From Candidatus Versatilivorator sp. (GTDB lineage Bacteria > Acidobacteriota > Terriglobia > Versatilivoradales > Versatilivoraceae), in NCBI GenBank assembly GCA_965207735.1, contig OZ242296.1, positions 2,464,001 to 2,528,000 on the forward strand: a stretch of 64,000 nt of DNA. Direction: 5' to 3'. Numbering within the stretch: position 1 is the stretch's first letter; each line of letters starts with the position of its first letter. The notes under the pieces are model-generated. The model was not told the origin of the DNA. It worked only from the letters and a program-made list of their open reading frames with translations, and searched no databases. The position numbers and the translations under genes were made by a program. Positions 58,104-64,000 of the stretch are shown in pieces.

Positions 58104-59834
58104 CTACACGGCGGCGCGGCTGATGGTCCGGGCCTCCGACATGCGGGTGATCAGCTCGACCCGCCTGATCCTAAGAGGCTTGTCCGAGCCGGGACCCCGG
58201 TAGTTCAGCCGAATGGACACCGGGTTGCGGCCACTCTTGAGGGCCGCGATGGGAACCCGAAACCTCAAGGCCTTGAAATGCATGTCGAAGGGCTTGTCGG
58301 CAGGAAATCCGATCATGCCGTTGCCGGGCAAGGGAGCGATTCGATACCCCACGTTTTCCCAGTTGGCGGCCACATCCACTCCGGAGGGTTCCAGGACCGT
58401 GTCACCCATCGAGACCGTCAAACGATCCCCCGGCTTGGAATAATCCAGCGCCAGCCAGAGCTCGGCTGTCTTGGGCTTGCTGGTCTTGAAGTCGTCGGCC
58501 ACCGGCATGTAAAACGACTTGGCGCCATCGGCCACGTTCAAGTTGAAGGGGACCGGCGCTCCCTTGGAGACCGTGTTGTAGCGCACGTAGTCGGCGCCCG
58601 GGGCCCGGGGACTGGCTTCGAACCGCTGAACGGCCGTGTAGTGCTTGTCCTTCTTCCTCATGCGCTTGGGGTCGGCGATCTCGTTCAGCAGGTGCTTGCG
58701 CCAACTGCCGTATAGATACCAGTTGAAGGTGTAAATGCCGTCGGCTCCGTCTCGCCACAGGTTGGCCGCGCTCCCTCGAATGACCTCGTCCGGGCTGACG
58801 CGGTAGCTGTTTCCATAACTGTAGAGGCTGGGATAGATGGGAAGCCGGCGCGCCTTCATCAGGCCTCGAAACTCATTCAGCGTCGGCAACTCGGTCAATC
58901 CCTGCCCCAGGATCAGCATGTCCGCCAGGTCCTCTTCGATCCACTTCTCGATTTCGAAACCGCCCAGTTGGCACCACTCCAGCTTCTCCGGGATGCGGAC
59001 GGCAATCTCGATGGGACGGCCCCGGCGGCTGGCCTTCTGGTTGAGGCTCTTGCGGATGGCGCGCATGAACTCGGTCAGGTATTTGCCGTTCTCTCGCTCG
59101 GTGCCGCGCTGGAAGTAGAGCGTATGGCGCAGCCAGTCCAACTCGATGCCGTCGAAATCCCAGCGATCGAAAAACTCCTCGGCCACTTTGAGCTTCAGGG
59201 CCCGGACTCTGGGATGGGCGAAGTTCAGGGCCGTCCACCAGTCGAGATCGTCCACCAGCCAGTCGGGATTGATCCGCTTGAAGGTGGGCAGCTCCGGGTT
59301 GGGCAAGGTGCCCTTGGCGTGCTGGCCGTCATGGGTGTCATTCATCCTGAGGGAAACGAAGGCATCCAGGCCTCGCTTGCGGCACTCCTCCACGATCACC
59401 TTGGGAGGATTGTGGCCGGCGTCCGCCAGGCTCTTGGGGTTGAGGTACTGGTCCTTGGGATCGACTTCGATTCCGCCGTGCCAGGTCTTGCTCTCCGGGA
59501 ACTTGAACCGGTCGGCCTCGCCCGGCCACTCCAGCACGTTGCTCTGGTATTCGGCCACGTTGCCGCTGCCGAAGCTGAACATCAGCGTGTCCACGCCGGT
59601 GTTCTCAATCGGATTGAAGACCAGCGAGGTGAACTGCTCCCGCGTGAGGGGGCCATAGGAATGGGGCAGGGCCGTCCGGCCCCAGCAGTGAATCATGGAC
59701 CCGTCCCAATTGAACAGCAGCCGCCGTTTCTTGCCGGAGGCTCCGGCCCGCTTGGGCTTGGGGCCGGCATGCAGCAACTGAGCGAGCCCACCGGCTCCCA
59801 CGATCATGAAGCTTCGTCTGGTTATCGATTGCAT
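58104..59834 (-). CDS. GHL10-like TIM-barrel protein, Tat signal
   Basis: TRRSFM; NWDG, SLRMND, LNFAHPRVR, FDGIELDWLRH and GADGIYTFN. Confidence 0.75.
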   Translation of the reverse strand: MQSITRRSFMIVGAGGLAQLLHAGPKPKRAGASGKKRRLLFNWDGSMIHCWGRTALPHSYGPLTREQFTSLVFNPIENTGVDTLMFSFGSGNVAEYQSNVLEWPGEADRFKFPESKTWHGGIEVDPKDQYLNPKSLADAGHNPPKVIVEECRKRGLDAFVSLRMNDTHDGQHAKGTLPNPELPTFKRINPDWLVDDLDWWTALNFAHPRVRALKLKVAEEFFDRWDFDGIELDWLRHTLYFQRGTERENGKYLTEFMRAIRKSLNQKASRRGRPIEIAVRIPEKLEWCQLGGFEIEKWIEEDLADMLILGQGLTELPTLNEFRGLMKARRLPIYPSLYSYGNSYRVSPDEVIRGSAANLWRDGADGIYTFNWYLYGSWRKHLLNEIADPKRMRKKDKHYTAVQRFEASPRAPGADYVRYNTVSKGAPVPFNLNVADGAKSFYMPVADDFKTSKPKTAELWLALDYSKPGDRLTVSMGDTVLEPSGVDVAANWENVGYRIAPLPGNGMIGFPADKPFDMHFKALRFRVPIAALKSGRNPVSIRLNYRGPGSDKPLRIRRVELITRMSEARTISRAAV

Positions 59835-59970
59835 CCTGGTTTCCCCCGGCGATGTGGCTTTATTGGTGAAAGGAACCCTCGAATGATAGCAAGTCGCGGG
59901 CCGAAAAGATAGATCCCAGGAAAGGTTTCCTCCAAGCCGGACCGGAAGCGCCCGAAAGGAGTGATCCCCT

Positions 59971-60171
59971 TCAGATCGATCCCCGGCGTCCTTTGCGAAC
60001 CAGGGAAAGAACCAGATCGAATGCGTACCAGGTGGCCAGAAAAGCCAGACACTCGAGGCTGAAACTTCCGAACTTGTAGAAGATCTCGGCCACGATCAGC
60101 GCTCCGGCGGCCGCGGGGAGCTGTTCCAATGCGATTCGGGAAAGAGGGAGGGAGTGTAACAGGGTATACAT
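59971..60171 (-). CDS. Small membrane protein
   Basis: 66 aa with two hydrophobic helices; AEIFYKFGSFSLECLAFLATW resembles a conserved hypothetical motif; GAGGA upstream. Confidence 0.6.
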   Translation of the reverse strand: MYTLLHSLPLSRIALEQLPAAAGALIVAEIFYKFGSFSLECLAFLATWYAFDLVLSLVRKGRRGSI

Positions 60172-60339
60172 GGCGGATCCGGTTCCTCGTCAGCCCTGGG
60201 CCCGGTAGTGGTCCCCCACGGACCGGGGCCTTCCGGCAACTATCTCCAATGCCAGGGGATGCGGGTTCACGGCTGCATTCGCCGCACCGGCCCCGGCGGT
60301 CAAGACAGCCTATCATAAACCATTGACCGATAAATCGGA

Positions 60340-61359
60340 TCAGTTGCCGGCATTTTGCTCCAGTTGGACCAGCAGGCTGGCGGCCCTGGCGCGTTTTGCC
60401 GGGTCGACGTCCCGGGCGACGATGCGTTGCAGGACCGAGCGGGCCCGGGAGTCGCCGGCTGCACCCAACTCCAGACCCAAGCGGTCCCGCTTCTCGAAAT
60501 AGCTGGGATCGAAAGGTTGGATCTTGAGCGGAAACTTCCGCCAATAGTATTTCAAGGGGCTGTCCGGAGGCCAATCCGCATATACCTGTTCCCAGTTGCG
60601 AACTTCCCTGCCGTGGGGCTCCAGGCTTCCGGGCGCGATGGGTTGGTCGACACTCTGGAACCGGGCGTCCATGGAGAGGCGCAGCCGGTCGCTTCGGTTG
60701 GCGACGCCCTTGTGGACCATCTGGCTGTGAAAAAACAGCACGTCGCCCTGCTCCACCGCGTTGTGTACCCAATCCCCTTCCAGCTTGTCCGTCACTTCCA
60801 TGCCACCGGCGCCCAGCGCGGGGCGGAATTCGTAAATGCCGCCCCGATGGGAACCGGTAGAGAGCTGCAAGCCCCCCATCTCCCCGGCCAGGTCACTCAC
60901 GGGGAACCAGGCCGTGTAGGTCTCCGAGGTCCCCTGAATGGGGACCCAGTCCTGATGCGGCGGGGTGGTGTACTCCACTTTTTGGGGAAAGATGGTCCGC
61001 CCGATCAAACGTGGATGGGGCAGGACCATACCGCCTACCAGCCGCTCCACCACGGCCAGCAGGTCCGGATGGTGCTGGATGGCCTGGAACTGCATGATCG
61101 ACAACACCCGGGTCATGACCTCCATGTAGGGCCGTTCGGGCTCCACACAGAATGCCTTCAGGTTGGCGATGCCTTCCTGACCGGCCCCGTCCTTCACCCA
61201 ACCGACTTCCTCCAGGACCCCGAGCCACTTCAGGCGCAACTCCTCCAGTAGTTCCCGGGGCAACAGGCCTCTGACGTACAGATAGCCATCCCGGTCCATA
61301 CGCCGTCTCAGTTCCGTACCATCGCCGACAATGCCGGTGGAATCCACAAATGGCTTCAC
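60340..61359 (-). CDS. Phytanoyl-CoA dioxygenase (PhyH) family Fe/2OG enzyme
   Basis: RDGYLYVRG, PPHQD, GGLQ...GSH and GDVLFFH...VH. Confidence 0.9.
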   Translation of the reverse strand: MKPFVDSTGIVGDGTELRRRMDRDGYLYVRGLLPRELLEELRLKWLGVLEEVGWVKDGAGQEGIANLKAFCVEPERPYMEVMTRVLSIMQFQAIQHHPDLLAVVERLVGGMVLPHPRLIGRTIFPQKVEYTTPPHQDWVPIQGTSETYTAWFPVSDLAGEMGGLQLSTGSHRGGIYEFRPALGAGGMEVTDKLEGDWVHNAVEQGDVLFFHSQMVHKGVANRSDRLRLSMDARFQSVDQPIAPGSLEPHGREVRNWEQVYADWPPDSPLKYYWRKFPLKIQPFDPSYFEKRDRLGLELGAAGDSRARSVLQRIVARDVDPAKRARAASLLVQLEQNAGN

Positions 61360-61379
61360 GAGAGCCTCCGTTGATCAGG

Positions 61380-63356
61380 TTAGTCGGGACCACCCTGCGG
61401 GTGGGTCCCCGGTGTCAGTTCAAACACGCCCATCGAGGTCCCGGCGAAGAGACGAACCGAACCGGAACCGGCCATGGCCAGGGTGTGGAACCGGCCTGCA
61501 GGCAAGCCGCTTGCTCCCTGACCCGGCCCTGCCGACTCCAGGGCCTTCCAGTTGGCCCCTGCGTCCACACTCCTGAAGAGGCCGCGGCGCAGTGCGGCAT
61601 AGAGAACGGAGGGAGCGGAGGGATCGACCAGCAGAGCCCGGACCACCGGGTATGCCGGCAATCCCCGGTTGGCCGCCGACCAGGTCGCGCCTCCGTCGCT
61701 GCTCTTGAACACCCCATCCCCGTAGGAACCGGCGTAGAGAATGGGGGAAGAGGCCGGACCGACCGCCAAAGCGTCGATCATCAGGCCGGGCAGACCTCCG
61801 GCATCGTTCTTCCAGGTCTGGCCTCCGTCGACCGACTTGAACACGCCCGAGCCGTCGGTGGCCGCGTAAAGAGTGCCGGCTGCAACCGGATCCATGGCCA
61901 GAGCCCGCACACTCTTTTCCGTAAGTCCCCGGTTGACCGACTTCCAGGAAGCAGCGTCGTCCTCGGTCTTGAATATACCTGCCCCGTCAACGGCGGCATA
62001 CAGCACCGATGGATTGGAAGGATCCGCCAGCAGCGACCGGATCAGGCTCACCGGCGGCAAGCCTCCTCTGGCCGCGGCCCAACTGGCTCCCCCGTCGGTG
62101 GACTTGAACACGCCTCCGCCAAAGGTGCCTGCATACACCCTTTCGGGGTCGGAAGGATGGATCAGCAGGGTCTCGACCCGGGACTCGGTGAGGCCCTGAT
62201 TGGAGGACTCCCACTTGTGGCCACCGTCCGAACTCTTGAATATCCCGGAACCCAGGGTGCCCGCGTAGGCGAGTTCCGGATTGGCGGGATCGAACGCCAG
62301 GGCCTGCACCTGGACATCGGTCAACCCTTGATTCAAGTGCTTCCAACCGGCTCCCCCGTCGGTGCTCAGGAAAACGCCCGCGCCGGCCGTGCCGGCCAGC
62401 AGGGTGGAGTCGTCCCCGGGAAGTGCGATGAGCGCCGTCACCGGGAACAGATCGGGCAGGCCCCCCTTGATCGCCTCCCACTTTTCGCCCCCGTCAGCGG
62501 TCTTCAGCAATCCCTCGTTGAGGGTGCCGGCAAATGCGGTGGCCGGACCGGACCCGGTCAGGATCAGGCTGAGGACCACGGCCCCTTTCTTGACCCGCTT
62601 CCAGGTTTCGCCGCCGTCCGGGCTCCTGTAGACCATGCCGCCCAGATTGTCGTCGGTGGTGACATAGAGGACCACGGGGTCGGTCGGGTCCACCGCCGCC
62701 GCGGTAATCCAACGATCGTTCAAGCCACTGGGCTTCCAGGTTTGCCCTCCATCCAGGCTCTTGAAAAGACCCTTGCGGTGAGTGCCGGCGTAAAGCGTCC
62801 TCGGCGCCCGCGGATCCATGGCCAGGACTTCCACCCGACTTCCCGTCAAGCCCCGGTTGCTCGCCTTCCAGGTTCTCCCGCCGTTGCTTGTCTTGAACAC
62901 GCCCCCGCCAAAAGTGCCCGCATAGGCGATGGAGGCCTTGCGGGGATCGACCAGCAGGGCCTTGACGGCCCGACCGGGCAACCCGTGAATTCGGGCGTTC
63001 CAGGAGGCGCCCCGGTCGGAACTCCTGAAGACCGAGCCGGCGGCGCTGCCCAGGTAGAGGACGCGAGGATCGGAAGGAGCCACCGCCAGAGCCTCGACGG
63101 GGCTGCCGGACAGCCCCCGGCCGCCGGGTTTCCAGCTGCGGCCTCCATCGCTGCTGGTGAACAGGCTTCCTCGAGTGGTTGCCAGGTAGAGCCTCCGGGA
63201 ATCTTCCGGATCGACAGCCAGGCAGGAGACGTCGGCGCCGAATGGACCCTGGGGCGCCGAAGGCTCGCTCGCCGCCCCAGAGGCAGACGAACTGACGGCC
63301 ATGCTGGTCACGAGTGTGAAAACGCTGATACACGGGAACCTAAAATGATTCATCAT
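61380..63356 (-). CDS. Secreted BNR/sortilin-like repeat beta-propeller protein
   Basis: About 13 repeats of 'YAGT.GGGVFKS.DGG.TW'; N-terminal signal peptide. Confidence 0.9.
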   Translation of the reverse strand: MMNHFRFPCISVFTLVTSMAVSSSASGAASEPSAPQGPFGADVSCLAVDPEDSRRLYLATTRGSLFTSSDGGRSWKPGGRGLSGSPVEALAVAPSDPRVLYLGSAAGSVFRSSDRGASWNARIHGLPGRAVKALLVDPRKASIAYAGTFGGGVFKTSNGGRTWKASNRGLTGSRVEVLAMDPRAPRTLYAGTHRKGLFKSLDGGQTWKPSGLNDRWITAAAVDPTDPVVLYVTTDDNLGGMVYRSPDGGETWKRVKKGAVVLSLILTGSGPATAFAGTLNEGLLKTADGGEKWEAIKGGLPDLFPVTALIALPGDDSTLLAGTAGAGVFLSTDGGAGWKHLNQGLTDVQVQALAFDPANPELAYAGTLGSGIFKSSDGGHKWESSNQGLTESRVETLLIHPSDPERVYAGTFGGGVFKSTDGGASWAAARGGLPPVSLIRSLLADPSNPSVLYAAVDGAGIFKTEDDAASWKSVNRGLTEKSVRALAMDPVAAGTLYAATDGSGVFKSVDGGQTWKNDAGGLPGLMIDALAVGPASSPILYAGSYGDGVFKSSDGGATWSAANRGLPAYPVVRALLVDPSAPSVLYAALRRGLFRSVDAGANWKALESAGPGQGASGLPAGRFHTLAMAGSGSVRLFAGTSMGVFELTPGTHPQGGPD

Positions 63357-63379
63357 TCATCACTCATAATTCATCATTC
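63349..63379. repeat. 7-bp-period array (TTCATCA)4
   Basis: TTCATCA TTCATCA CTCATAA TTCATCA. Confidence 0.7.
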
Positions 63380-63599
63380 CTTAAGCCGCATTGTACAACA
63401 TCCCGCTGGTAGGCTTGAATGGGGTTTGGGCTTCCTTGGGAATACGCTCTTCGGACACCGCCAATTGCTGCAAATCCTTTACAAATTCTCATTGGGAGTG
63501 GTAAATTTCCTTAAATCAGAGGCAATTGATCTCCTGGCCATGCCGGGAGAACCACTCACCCCGGGTGCACTCCGACTCGGGAAACGGGGGCAAGGGACG

Positions 63600-64000
63600 A
63601 TGCTCACCATCCATGGAAGCCAGCAACGGCTTTGCGACGGGATCCACCGGCGTAACTTCATCAAGATCGGGGCTTTGGGCATGGGGGGACTGTCCATGCC
63701 TCAACTGCTGCGGGCGGAGCGCCAGTCCGGCTTGGGCAAGTCCGGCAAAGCCATCATCATGATCTATCTGCCGGGCGGCCCGCCGCACCAGGACATGTAC
63801 GAGCTCAAGATGGATGCCCCCTCTGAGATTCGCGGGGAGTTCAAGCCCATCCCCACCAACGTCTCCGGCATTCAGATCTGCGAGCATCTCCCCCGGCTGG
63901 CCAAGATCACCGACAAGCTGGTGCTGCTGCGAACCATCGTCGGCGCCAAGGACCGGCACTCCTCCCATCAATGCATGACCGGACGCCTGAATGACGACCC
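63600..64000 (+). CDS. DUF1501 family protein (3' end outside window)
   Basis: MLTIHG...CDGIHRRNFIKIGALG...IMIYLPGGPPHQDMYELK...IRGEFKPI. Confidence 0.85.
   Translation, partial: MLTIHGSQQRLCDGIHRRNFIKIGALGMGGLSMPQLLRAERQSGLGKSGKAIIMIYLPGGPPHQDMYELKMDAPSEIRGEFKPIPTNVSGIQICEHLPRLAKITDKLVLLRTIVGAKDRHSSHQCMTGRLNDD

Overview
High-GC bacterial window; the gene content (planctomycete-type cytochrome c/DUF1553 plus DUF1501, many Tat-signal enzymes, BNR and FG-GAP repeat proteins) is suggestive of an Acidobacteriota/PVC-like organism (inference). The backbone encodes a GldG/DUF4340 transport module and a large set of catabolic genes: five GHL10-like TIM barrels, two enolase-superfamily paralogues, three DHDPS-family proteins, sialidase-like proteins, a sulfatase, an amidase and oxidoreductases, many of them with twin-arginine signals. 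The most unusual content is a layered mobilome. (1) An IS110 has a ~200-bp non-coding leader, and a tandem family of 23-146-bp non-autonomous cassettes shares its ends and target. (2) A ~12-kb P4-type integrase element sits at a non-tRNA site and contains a second 2.7-kb integrase element, an IS1380 and an IS5/IS1182-like IS. (3) An ORF-less group II intron has EBS1/EBS2 sequences complementary to the IS1380 terminal inverted repeat and is inserted exactly into that repeat in an IS1380-type MITE. (4) Several families of short-period (7/9/10-bp) inverted-repeat mini-elements and REP-like composites appear to retain vestiges of nuclease-gene N-termini. I see no CRISPR array, rRNA or tRNA. All family calls come from motif recognition by eye; no database searches were run.
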